64,000 nucleotides of DNA from Thraustochytrium aureum (lineage: Eukaryota), in the NCBI GenBank assembly GCA_012862495.1, contig BLSG01000235.1, forward strand, positions 144,152 to 208,151. Direction: 5' to 3'. The notes beneath the pieces are model-generated. The model ran no database searches. It was not told where the DNA came from and worked only from the letters and a program-made list of their open reading frames with translations. The translations under genes were made by a program, and so were the position numbers. This document shows, piece by piece, positions 35,701 through 47,700 of the stretch; the first letter of the stretch is position 1, and each line of letters opens with the position of its first letter.

Positions 35701-38700
35701 GCCGTCGCGCGTCGTCCCGACCACGACCTGAATGGAGCGCGCTGGGTCAGACAAAGCTTGGCATCCGCCGCTAGCGACATCCTTCGGCACGAGCTCGGCG
35801 ACGTCGCCGTGGGCGAGCGTTGGGCCGGTAAACGACACCTCGAAGGAGCCAGCAGCTACAGAAGCAACTTCGACGCCGTCCACAGCGGCCAAGTTGTTGA
35901 GAGCCAGAGCAAGTTGAGAAGCGGAAGCCGAGACTGGAACGCATGCCGTGTCCTCGCCGTTAAAGGAGAGGCGGAACTCCGCCGCAGGCTCCAAGACTGC
36001 GTCGCCAGTGATGTTGACCGACTGCACTTCGATAATCCGCATCGCGTACTCAATGCGAACGCTCTCCACCGGGTCGCCGCGCGCGCCGTGCGCACGAGTC
36101 TCGGACGGCAGATCATATTCGAATAGAAGGCCGCCATTCATCGCCCCAGAATCCTCGCGAAGCACCACGTTGTCGAGCGCCGTCGGCACGTCAAACATGT
36201 AGAGTGGGGACCCGGTGGCCACGCGAACACGGCCACTGCCAGCCGCGCTCGCGGCGGAGGCGCGAAAGTGGTACACGACGCCAGGAACGAGGTCATAAAC
36301 GATCTTCGTTGACGGGTACACCGTTCCCGCGGTGACAGGATGTGAAACTGTGCGCAGGAGTTCGCTGTCGAACGTGTCGACCACGTCGATTTCAATGTCG
36401 AATCGATCCACTTGGCTTCCTCCCACACTGGCCGGAAGGTTCAATTGGACAGCAGCTGCACCAGCCGCGTGCACCGAAACAGCGACCAATTCCGGCTCGA
36501 GTGGCGTGCGTCCCTCTGGAATGAGCGACGGCGGGTGCGGCGCAGCAAAGCTCCCGGTGCCTCGCTCTGCGTTGAAGGCAGCGATTCGCACGTAGTATTG
36601 CTTTGCGGCGAGTCCAGTAATTCGGTAGCTGAAGTCGAGCCTCCCCGTGGCGCCAAAGCGTTGCTCCTCGACATCAACTGAGCCGTCTGTGACGCCCGGG
36701 TACGAAACCGCCAGGCGAGAATCGTCGCCGAGAGAGCCCGGGTACTTGAGCGCGTGCGAGGCGAAAGTGAGAGTCCAGACAAAGCCAATCTCGGACCCAG
36801 GTCCGCGGTGGATTGTTCGTTCAACAGAGACGGCTCCAGCCCCGACGGTACCAAGGCCTTCGACCGCTTCTCGAATTGCGTCTGCCGAGGCATCCACCGG
36901 AAGGAGCCCCGTCGTGAGGCCATCAAAGGTGATGGAGAAGGTTCCAGCGGGGTTGAGACCCGCGCACCTGATACGCCGAACCTCATCGACCGGGGCGCGG
37001 GCGGAAGCTGAAACCACTGCCGAGCCGAGCTTTGGTGAGTCAAACGACGGGCTGATGTCCCACTCAAGCTCATACTTGGTGACAGCAGCGCCGCCATCCT
37101 CGGCAGGAGCAAGCCACTCGACCAAAAGCTCGCTGTTGGAAACGCTCGAAAGCCGGGCCTGGCGCACGCGGGCTGGAGCGAGCAGCCTCGGGCTCGCCGA
37201 AATGGGATCAGAGAGGCGCGGCGTCGTGCTGAATCCAAGCGAGTTGTGAGCAATCGCCCGAGCAAAGTAGGTCACGCCGCTCTTGAGACCTGCAAACACG
37301 GCCTTGCCAACGCTCCGCACCTGCACATAAGGCCGCTCTGTCGGAACACTTGAGTGCGGGTTCAGGGTTGAGGCAAACACGGGGAAGAGTCGTTGGGCGA
37401 TGCCGCCCTCGTGGAGGGAGGCGAAGGAAATCTCCCATTCGAAGCCGTTGTCGACGGCCACACGAGATACGTCGACACGGCCGACGAAGCCGAGCGCTTC
37501 GACGGCTGCCTTCATGTCGAGAGCCGATGCGTCGTGCGCGACATCGGTGGTAGTCTCGAGCTTGTAGCAAGGCACGTGGGAGAGCCCGTCGCCCTGGTGC
37601 GAGGCGGCCTTGGAGGCGTCCGACGCGTCGGCGAGCGAAAACGAGTTGGCTGTGCGTGAGTTGGTGAGGTGGACGCGGTACGTTGGCCCCGACGAGAGGT
37701 CGCCGATCCGGATAAGGTCGCCGGCAGAGAACGCGGCGCCGACTGCGAATCTCGGGTTGTCGCTTGTCCCGCCAACGCTCAGCGCAAAGGTGCCTGCAAC
37801 GACGCTTCCGCCATTGTCGACTGAGCAGGCCCCGAGCGCGGTGTCGAGGAGAAAGGCCGGGGTGCCCACTGTTACGTCGTCTGCGCCGTTGAAAACCGTC
37901 GACACGGTGGCATCATCTACTTGAGCAAGCGGCAGTTCCGTGGCCGATAGCACATTTGTCATGTGTACGCGATACTCGTTCCCCAAAAAGCTGATGATCT
38001 CACCGCGCGTGACACAACTGTCGAAGCCAGCCGCTCCAGAAGCCTTTGTCAAGGAAGATGCTCCGATGGAGACTGTTACGAGTGCGTCCCCGCAAAGCCT
38101 TTGCGAAAAGACGCCTCGCGAAGCGAAGTCGCCATACTCGAGGCGAAACGTGCCCGACATGCCCGCCGTTACCGAGCTTGTGCGGACGCGTTGGACCGTG
38201 TGCCCGATCGCCACGACCGCACTCTGGAGCGACGCAGAGGCGAAGCTCGTTGTCGTGTCCACCTGAACCTTTACTGAATCGACGACGTCGCCACCAGTTT
38301 CGGCCGGCTCGGCAAAGACGACCTCAAGAGTCTCACCATCCACAACACGTAGCGTTGTGTCGCCTGCTTGTCCCGGGGCACGCTTCGGGCTGAGGCTTGC
38401 AGGCGTGGAAGCAGCTAGCGGACCAAGACCTCGATCAGTCTCTGCGGCCACTTGAGCAAACCACACAGCCCCAACTTCGAGCGAGCCGATGGTGAACTGC
38501 GTGGACGGAGCGTTGACCCAGGCCGAGTTGTGGCCTTGCGGCTTGATCCCAACCTGAGCGACGCCTACGACAATTGACTTGTCAGCGCCACCGAGGAGGT
38601 GGTCGTTGAACGTCAGCAAAGGTTGTTCGCCTCGAACAGATTCAAACGTGATGCTCCATGTGTACCCATTCGCGAGAGAGGCACGCGAGACCGAAACATC

Positions 38701-41700
38701 GCCAACTGAAGGAAGAATCTCCAGGGCAGCCTCGACACGCTCAGCGCTTGCGTCGAAGGCGATAGCGGTAGTCGTGTGTTTACCCATGACAGAGTACGTT
38801 CCCGAGGGCCCGGTGAACGCGCTAGACAGCGGGATCTGGCCCTGGTGAAGGATGCGGGAGGGGTCGGTGGCAACCTGAACTTCGACCCCGCCGACAGAGA
38901 GCCTGTCGCCGCGCAAAACAGCTGCGCTAAGGTCTACTGAGGTGGTGAGAAAGTCTTGATCAAGCGCAACCGTCGCGCGCCCAAGCTCAAACTCATAGTC
39001 GGATCCGAACGACAACGTGAAAAAACCTGAGGTGGCATCCGACGCCGCCGTGGTCACCGTTTCGACGTGCTGGAGTCCAAAGTGCGGCGTCGCCGGCGAG
39101 CGCTGGAACCACTCGACCAAGTAACGCTTGACAACGACGCCGCTTGGCACTGCTGGTGCGGACCACCGCAAGAGGAGCGCGGCCGCCTCGTCGGAGCCGT
39201 TCTCGAGAATGACGTTGCGAGGCTTGCTCGGGATGGACCGCGGAGTCTCAAACTCTGGCAAGGTCCGGACCGCTGCGCCGTATCCTTTTTCTGCGTTGTA
39301 AGCAGAGATGCGCACATAGTACGGAGTCCCGGCGGAGAGCCCAGAAACAACGTAGCGCCAAGAGGCCGACGCAGCGTCCGCACTGGAAATCACTGCCCAG
39401 CCGCGTGAAGTGCTGGAAAAGGCCTTGAGCAGGTCCCACTCGATCTTGTACTGGGCCACGGGAAGACCTCCGTCAAACGCGGGGGGCGCAAAGTGGACCT
39501 CGAGCTCGTCGGCGCCACGTAGCTTGAGAGCAGGGCGTCCGCACGACGCGCTCGACGAGGTGATGTAGGGACTGCACGGCTCGCTAGGCGCCTGCACCGG
39601 GGTCTGCACGCTGAGCGGCGTCGTCTGCAGAGCACGCCCAAAGCCGAGCCGCGTCCTGGACGCGACCCGAGCAAAGTACGTCACACCAGGCTCAAGCCCA
39701 TTTACCTGCATCTCCTGAGCTGCCTCGGCTGCACGGGTTGGGCAGACGTTGTTTGTGGCGCCCGGGCACTTGCTGTAGTCGAATGCCACCACAGACTCGG
39801 TCGTGCAGTCTTTTGCGCCTCCACACTGCATTGGATCGCAGTAGTAGACACCAATCGCAGGGTACACTGCGCGAAGGCCGGGCGCGCCATTCGCAGGGTC
39901 CGAGACCAGAATGTCATACTTGCGATCTTGGTTGCTGGCTGGGGTCGCAAAAGAAACGCTCACGTCCACAAAGCTTGCGTGCGAGGTCTCGATGATTGNN
40001 NNNNNNNNNNNNNNNNNNNNNNNNNNNNNNNNNNNNNNNNNNNNNNNNNNNNNNNNNNNNNNNNNNNNNNNNNNNNNNNNNNNNNNGAATGCAGCTGGTC
40101 GCAGCGCCGTCAGCAGATCGAAGCACATAGGCCCCGCGGCTGCCGTCCGTGGTTGTTGACACGGCGACATTGGTGGACTCGCCGACGAAGAGGAGACCAC
40201 TGCTAGCATCGGCGTCGAAGGCCATCTCCGGAACGTTGCCGAGGCCTGCAAATGTGACCGCGAACTCCCAAGTGTCGATTCCGCTTGCCGTAGATTTCCC
40301 CGCGCTAGAAGCGACAATGTCGTTGCTCCCAACGGCGGCGCGCAGCTCGGTTTCCAAATCAGTCCCGTCGACAAGAACTGAGACCTGCGTGACAGCTTTC
40401 ACCGGGCAGAGGCCACACGTTGTTGTGTCAACCGTCAGAACAAACCTACCCGACGGATCCGTGGAACCTGCAGTGTCAGTGATCACGATGGCTTGAACCT
40501 CGTCGGTAGTCGAAAGGCCCACACTTGATGCGACATGAATCGTCTGCTGCTGGAACGGAACAGTCGCATCAGTTAAGCGGGAGATTGCGACCGTTCCTGC
40601 GACGCTGACTTTGTCAGAAACGACAGGGTCAGGAACAGGCCCAAGCTCGGAGACAAAAGTGATGTCCCATGTGGCTGGGCTGACAGCAGCGGTCACGGTG
40701 ACGTAGCCCACGTTCGGCATGTTCTCAAGGTCGCGTTTGATATCCGTCTGCGAAGCGCCGAAGCGGATGCGCGCAGACTTGTGAGCGGCCTTCACCCGGC
40801 AAGTCGCGCATGCCGTTGTATCCAGAGAAATCCTAAAGGTGTCATCGCTTGCGCCCCCATCAATCGTGAGCTGCCATACAGGCAAGACGAAGAGGTCCCA
40901 CGGGGTGGAGGACCACTCAACAATATGCTCGATGACTGGGCTGCCGCCAGAGTCGGCGGGGGCTTGCCAGCTCACCGCGAGGGAAGTTCCAAGCAGGCTC
41001 AAGTCGTCTCCGACCTCGTCTGTTGTGCGACGACGCAAGGTAGCCGCGGCCGGCGCGTCAGTCGAACGCATTGGAACGGCAGAGTGCGTTGCGCTGGACG
41101 TCCCGTAGCCAAGGCTGTTGCGCGGGGTCACGCGAACGTAGTATGTTTTCCCCTTCTCCAGGTTTGTGATCGCCAGCGAGAACTCGCCTCCGGATGAGCT
41201 TGCCTCAAAGACAACCGGCGAGCCCTCGTTTTCATCAGCGCCTGCCAAGACTTGCCCATCAGAGAGCGGTTTCCCCCCCTTCGAGTCGAACGCTCTGCTC
41301 GTGTCCCATTCGATGCGGTACGCGATATTCGGCACGTTGTCAGCCGTGGAGCCGCTCTTCCAAGTGATCGTCAAACTGTTCTCGGAAAAGGGGTTGATCC
41401 CGTCGTCACCCTCGTTGGACAATGCCACGTCCACCGGAGCAACGGGCAGCGAGCGAGTATGGATGGCTGGGGTGCATCCCTCAATGGAAGGGAGGCACAC
41501 CGCTGCGGCAAGCTGCGCTTCACCGGCACCTTGGTCGTTGTGTGCAATCACCCGCACCTGAAATACCGTGTTTGGCGCCAAACCGGAAACAGTAACCGAG
41601 AAGGCTGTCAAGTCGTCTTGACTCGAAGAGATCGCGACTGTTTCCGTTTTGGAAATGTTTGAGAAGTTGTCCGTGCTGACCTCCACGACATACTGGTGAA

Positions 41701-44700
41701 CACGAGCGCCGTTCGTGGAAGCAGGCGTACCCCACGAGACGAACAGCGCTGTGCCGTCGTTGGAGACCGACCGAGCTTGCACATTCCGCGGCGCTGCAGG
41801 GGGGCTCCGCGGAATAACCCCTACTGCTGGCATGGCCTGCGTTGGAAGGCTCGAGCCAACAGCGTTGACCGACCGTACGCGAACGAAGTACCGAACCCCC
41901 GGCACAATGGTACCGCCGTTCATCACCGTGGATACCGCGACTTGTGCGTCAAGCGTGGCGACAGTCCCGGCGAATGCCGTGCAACTTGAGCTGTCCGGAT
42001 CGAAAGCTAGTTGCGGCAAGTCGGCGTCAGACCCGGTGAACGTGACGCGGTAGAGAAACCCGTTTCCTGGGGCGGCGACAGCTTCCCGAGACACCGCGAC
42101 GCTGGTTTGTGCTAGGCTTGCGAGTTCGACCGCCACGTCAGCGCTTTGAGCATCAAATGCGATACACGCCGACACGACGCCGCCCAGGTTGAGCTTGTAC
42201 TCGCCTGCCGTGATGGCGCCCGCGCCGGCGAAGACGAGGACCTGCTGCACCTCAGCTCCAAGCGCAGGGAGTTCGCACGGCGCGCCGGCACAGACATGCG
42301 GTAAAAGATTGTCACCTTCGACGGTGGCCGCCAGGTAGGAGCCTAGCGGGTTGCCGCCAGCGCCCGAGCCGAAATCTGCCTTGGTGTCCCACTCGACCTT
42401 GTAAGCAAGCAGGGCAGAGCCACCGTCGCCTGCAGGGAAACCAAGCTCGTTCAGCTGCGGCTCTTCAAAAGTGACATGGATATGCCCAGGAATGTCTGAT
42501 GCGCTTACCGTTGCAGCCGCGCTTTCTGGCCGGGCGGGTAGCTGAGCAGCCGGTGCGGTTGCGACAGGAGACGAGCGCGCTCCGGTTCCAAGCTCGCCCC
42601 AGCCGGTTCGCGCGGAGATACGCGCATAGTACGTCACACCCGCATCGAGTCCCGAAATGCGGAAAAGCGAGGCCGTGGAGCCGCTCAAGCTAAGGCGGCA
42701 GTCGTCATTCGCGCCACAAGCCACGTCAAGGCTGCAGCAGGGCCCTAGGGAAAGCAACGCCGTCTCAGCCGAGCTAAAGTCATACGCCTCGGCCCACTCG
42801 ACGACAAAGTGCGTAATTGTGGCGCCCCCGTCGTGCTCCGGCAGCTTCCAAGAGAGGCCAAGTGAGGTATCGCTGACGATCGAGAGATTCACCTCAGTTG
42901 GCACGGTCGGGCCCCGCTCGCCCGTCTTTAGCGTCGATGCAAGGCTTCGTCCCTCGCGGACGACTGCAGCAATCAAGCTGTTGACGTTGGCAAGGCCTGT
43001 GGGGGTGACCACCAAGTCTTCCACATCTCCACTTCCAGGGGCAAACGTGATCTGCCAAGCCCAGTCGTCGCTTGAGGCTGGGAAGTGCAGGCTACGGGAA
43101 ACTTGAACCTGTGCTTGCCGTAGCTGCGGCAACGCGTTGAGCGCGTCGGCCACAGCACCGGCGCTTGCGTCAAGCGAGATTGACGACGTGGCCGAGCCAC
43201 CAAAGCTGAGGGTAAATGTCCCAGAGGGCGACGCGTTACCGTCGAGCGTGATCGTCTGCACTTCGCGCGAATCGTATTCTCCGGAAGCGACGGCAGGCTC
43301 GCTCACGCCGATTGCATTGGTCGCGAGAACGCGGACGTAATACAGCGTGCTTGGGGTGAGGGACGAGACCAGTGCAGAGAGAACGTCTCCAGCAACGGTG
43401 ACTCGAGTTGCCGAAGCGCCAAACGATGAAGTGGAGTCCACTTGGACGACATAGCTTGTGATTGGCGACCCACCCGAGCGTGTTGGTGCTGTCCAGCTCA
43501 CGCCGATCTCCGAGCCAGACAAAACACGAGCATCAACATAGCGAGCAGCAGACGGGGGCGCCAGCCTTGGGGCGGCAGCGATTGCGCTCATCGCCACAGA
43601 GGACGACCCTGTCACAACTGTCGCGGTCACGCGAGCAACGTGCGACACGCCAGAGGCCAGGCCTTCGATAACGTACTCATTTGGGATCCTGCCTCCCGCC
43701 TTTTCGAAGAGGACTTGCGCGCAGGGCCGCGAGCCCGACAGCGAACCGTGGCAGGCGCGTTCGGCCACCGAGACCCCACTGTCAGTGCTGACAAGGAGCA
43801 TTGGCGCTGCGGTGGCGCGGTCAACAAAGGTGACCGCCCACTCCACGCCCGCCGACGACGTTTGCTTGCCTGAAGCCTGCGCAAGCTCGACGCGGCTCAC
43901 AGATACGCTGCTGATACCATCGAGGTCCTCGAGAGCGGCTTTGACAAACGCGGAGGAAGCTGAGAATGGAATCGCAAGGGACAAGTCTCCCAGGAAGGAA
44001 ACCTGAAAGGTCCCGCCGAGGTCGTCCGCTCCATCGGTAGTGACGCGGATTTTCTGGACTGGCGAAGCCCTTTCCAAGACAGCAGACCCCAGCGGAAGTA
44101 CAGTTATGCCGACCGTACCGCTGTCGAATGCAGGGTCCGTCCCCTTGACCGCTTCGACTACGTCGATGCGCGCGTTCGAGCCGGTCAAGCCGCTTGCGTC
44201 CGCGGAGAGCATGGCGATATCGCCAATGTTACTCTGGAAGGTAACTGCCCAAGTAAACCCCTGGTTGCCATGCGCTGAGCGCGACACGGCCACAGTCCCG
44301 ATCATCGGCAAGGCTTCAAGCCCAACCTTCATCTCGCTGGCACTGGCGTCGTGGGCCAAAGGAGACGTGGTCCGCCCCCCGAGCGACAAGGAAAACGTTC
44401 CCTCGCCCCCGGACTGGACAGTCGTGATCATCTGCTGCTCCTGGGCACCAGCGCTCGTGTCCCACTCAACGGTGTACGAGGCGATTGGCGAGCCACCGTC
44501 ATGCGAGGGCTCAGCCCACGAGACACGAAGAGCATCTGAGCCGACAGGTTCCAGGGCAACGTCGCTCACGGGCTGTGGTGCCAAGTGAACGGGGACTGTC
44601 GCAGGAAGCGCGTACTGCGCCCTGCCGTAGATGTTGCCAACTCCATTCCACGCAGAGACACGGACGTAGTAGGATGCGCCGTGAATCAGCGGCTCTGCGG

Positions 44701-47700
44701 CAGCCCCAGCAGACGCGGGGAGCACGAGCGAGAGGAGGCCACCAGCCTCTTGCACGAGGTGCTCGTCTCCAACCGACAATACTGCGCTCTGACGCCTTGC
44801 CGAGTCAAAGCTTGGGAGCTTGCCGACGGCCGCCTCGGCCACAGTCGCGGCGGCGTTCGTTCCCGTCAGCAAACCCGAGCTCACAACGAGAGGAGAAATG
44901 TTGCCAAGGTTGCCCATGAAAACAACCGTCCACTCAAATCCAAACGGACCAGACAGAAGCGACCTGCGGCTCACCCGGACGCTCTCGACCGGAGAAAGCG
45001 CCTCAAGAGCTGCTTTGATCGCTGCTGCGCTCGAGTCTGCAGCAAGCGCTGGCGTAGAGTGGCCGTGGAACGATAGTGTGAACGTCCCACCAAGGTTGTT
45101 AGCATCGGCCTTTGCAGTGACGACCTGCTGCTCGAAACCAGCGAGCGCTTCCACAGTGGTCTCGATCGCGACCTGAGCCCCCGCGCCGGTAAGGGAAGTA
45201 CCTGCGCCCGCAGTGGCGGCAAACGTGTTGCCGCTGTCTGTCGAAACCTCCAGCTGGGCCGCGTTGCCGTGGGATTCCCCAAAGGTGACGAGCCAGACGA
45301 AGCCAATGTTCTCCGTGGCCAGCGCAGCCTCGTCGACGCGCTTGCGGCGCGCAACGACAATGTCATCCGCCACAGTCGGTAAAGCGGCAAGAGCCGCACG
45401 CATGTCATCTGCGGAAATGTCGTGTGCGAGTGGATGAGTAGCATGAGAGCCAAATCGCAGGATGAAGTCCCCACTGAGCGAGTTGTCCGTCGCCGAAGTC
45501 GTAATCGTCTGAACCTCGCGAGTGGCAAAGAGGACAGCGTCGGTTGCCCCGGCGTCAACTGCGTCCTGGCCGGCAACGTCCCACTCGACCATGTACTTCG
45601 TGACCGGCTCACCGCCTTCGTTGGCTGGGGGCGAGAACTGGACCCGGAGCGTGCCGTCTTCCGCTTGCGGGACCGCGCGCAGGGCCCGGGCGACGTCAGG
45701 CTGGGTGCTCGGTTTCACAAACTCGGGCACAGTCCTAGTCGGGCGTGCCGAGTATCCATGTGCGTTGTACGCAAAGACTCGCGCATAGACGATCTCGCCT
45801 TGCGAAAGCGAGGCGACGATGTGGCTGCATGGGGTGGTGGCGCACGCCTTCGCGTCGATCATCGTGACCTCGTGGAACCCGCAACCGGATCCCATCCCGC
45901 TAAAGTCAGAAGCAGTGTTCCACTCGATCTTGTACTTTGTGATCGCTTCGGCCCCGTCGCTTTCTGGCGCATTCCACATCACTTTCACTGATGTCGCCGA
46001 CTGCACTGCAAGCTGAGCGTCGCGGACGACATCCGGTTTCTGCTTCGGCGGCGCAGCAGAGAGGGGCAGGCTCGCCTGTGCTGGGCCATAGCACTGCTCG
46101 TTCAATGCCGAAACACGAGCGAAATACGGTGTGCCCGCGCGAAGCCCGACGATTGTGTAAGCGGTGGCGTCGGCGGCGAGCGAGACCGACCCGTACTCTG
46201 CCGGGAGAACCCCTGCAGTGATGGTCGTGGTCGTCACGGTGACCCCGGAGCTGGCGTCGCCATGGCCAAGTGGCATCCGGTCGCCAAAGTCCGCGTCGAA
46301 CGTCACGGTCCAGGTGAACCCATCCACATGCGAGCTGCGAACCACAGAAACAGACTTGATTCCGCAGAGCGCGTCAAGCGCTGCCTTCATGTTCGGGGCA
46401 GAAACATCAAAGGGAAGAAAGTCGGTCCAGGAGTCATTGTAGGAGACTCTGAAGCTGCCAGAACTCGCTGCCACGGAGATCTCCTGCACTTCAGGCACCG
46501 GGCTCGGCGCCGTGTACCACTCGACAAGGTAGCCCAAAACAGCTGCGCCGTGGGCATCCACCGGCGGGCGCCACGAAACCTGGAGGCTTTGGACCGAGTC
46601 TGCAACGCGCACGGAGCCTCCTTCACCCCCCGAAGAAGCCGAGATGGTGGAAAGCGTAACGAGACCGTCAGGAATCGCCGCCGGGGGCGCCCTGGGCGTT
46701 TCGAACTCGGCCCCGTCGCCGCTGCGCTTGGCGAGCCGAGCAGGCCCGCGGCCCATCCCGTTAACTGCGGCAACGCGAACGGCGTACGCCCGGCCTTGCT
46801 CAAGGTCCTCGATGGTGTACTCAAAGACAGCGTCCCGTAGAGTGGACACAAGGGCAGTATCGGAGCCCTTAAACAAAGTCCACGCTGCGCCGTCTGCTAC
46901 CGGGTACGGCGCCCACTCGATCTCGTACGCAGTCACAGGCGAACCGTTGTCGGCGCCCTCACTCAGGCTCGGCGCCGCCCAGTAGACTTTGAGAGCCGCC
47001 GAGTTCCCTGCAACAAGCAGAATCTCGACATCGGAAGGCGCCGCGGGGACGCTCCGGGGCGTCTCCGCCAGAGGGGCTGCAGGGGCACCGAAGAGGTCGG
47101 CCGACTCGCCATTCGAGGCCGAGACAGTCACAAAGTACTCTGTCCCGGCCACGAGCTTCTCGATTGCGAAGGAATATGCGCGTCCGTGGGAGACGTCCAA
47201 TTCCGCGACGGGGAGCTCAGGGCACGCTTCGCCGCTGCAGTATCCAGTTGGCGCAACGCCAACAGTGACGGCCTCTCCGGCGCACGACCCAATTGTATCC
47301 TTGCAAAGTTCGAGGGTGCTTCCCACAACAGCAACGCTATCCAGGTCCAGCACATTGGTGGCATCGCCGCCGGAGAAGGTGTCGAAGGTGATACTCCAGC
47401 GAACGGTTGTGGGAACAATATCCTTGCTGACGCTGACCATGCCGACGCCAGGAAGAAACTCGAGGGCAGCCTCAACCTCGTGGGCCGCAACGTCAAATGG
47501 CAGCGCAGGGGTGCTGCTGCCCCCAGCCGTGAGCACGAACGAGCCATCAGTTGGAATCCCCGTGCTACGGAGCACCACAACCGTCTTGGAACCCCAGGCG
47601 GTCCACCATTCCACCTTGAAAGAATCAACAGCACGGCCGCCGTCGTAGGCGGGCGCTTCCCACTCAGCAACAAGCGACGCCGAATCACCGATCGAAACCG

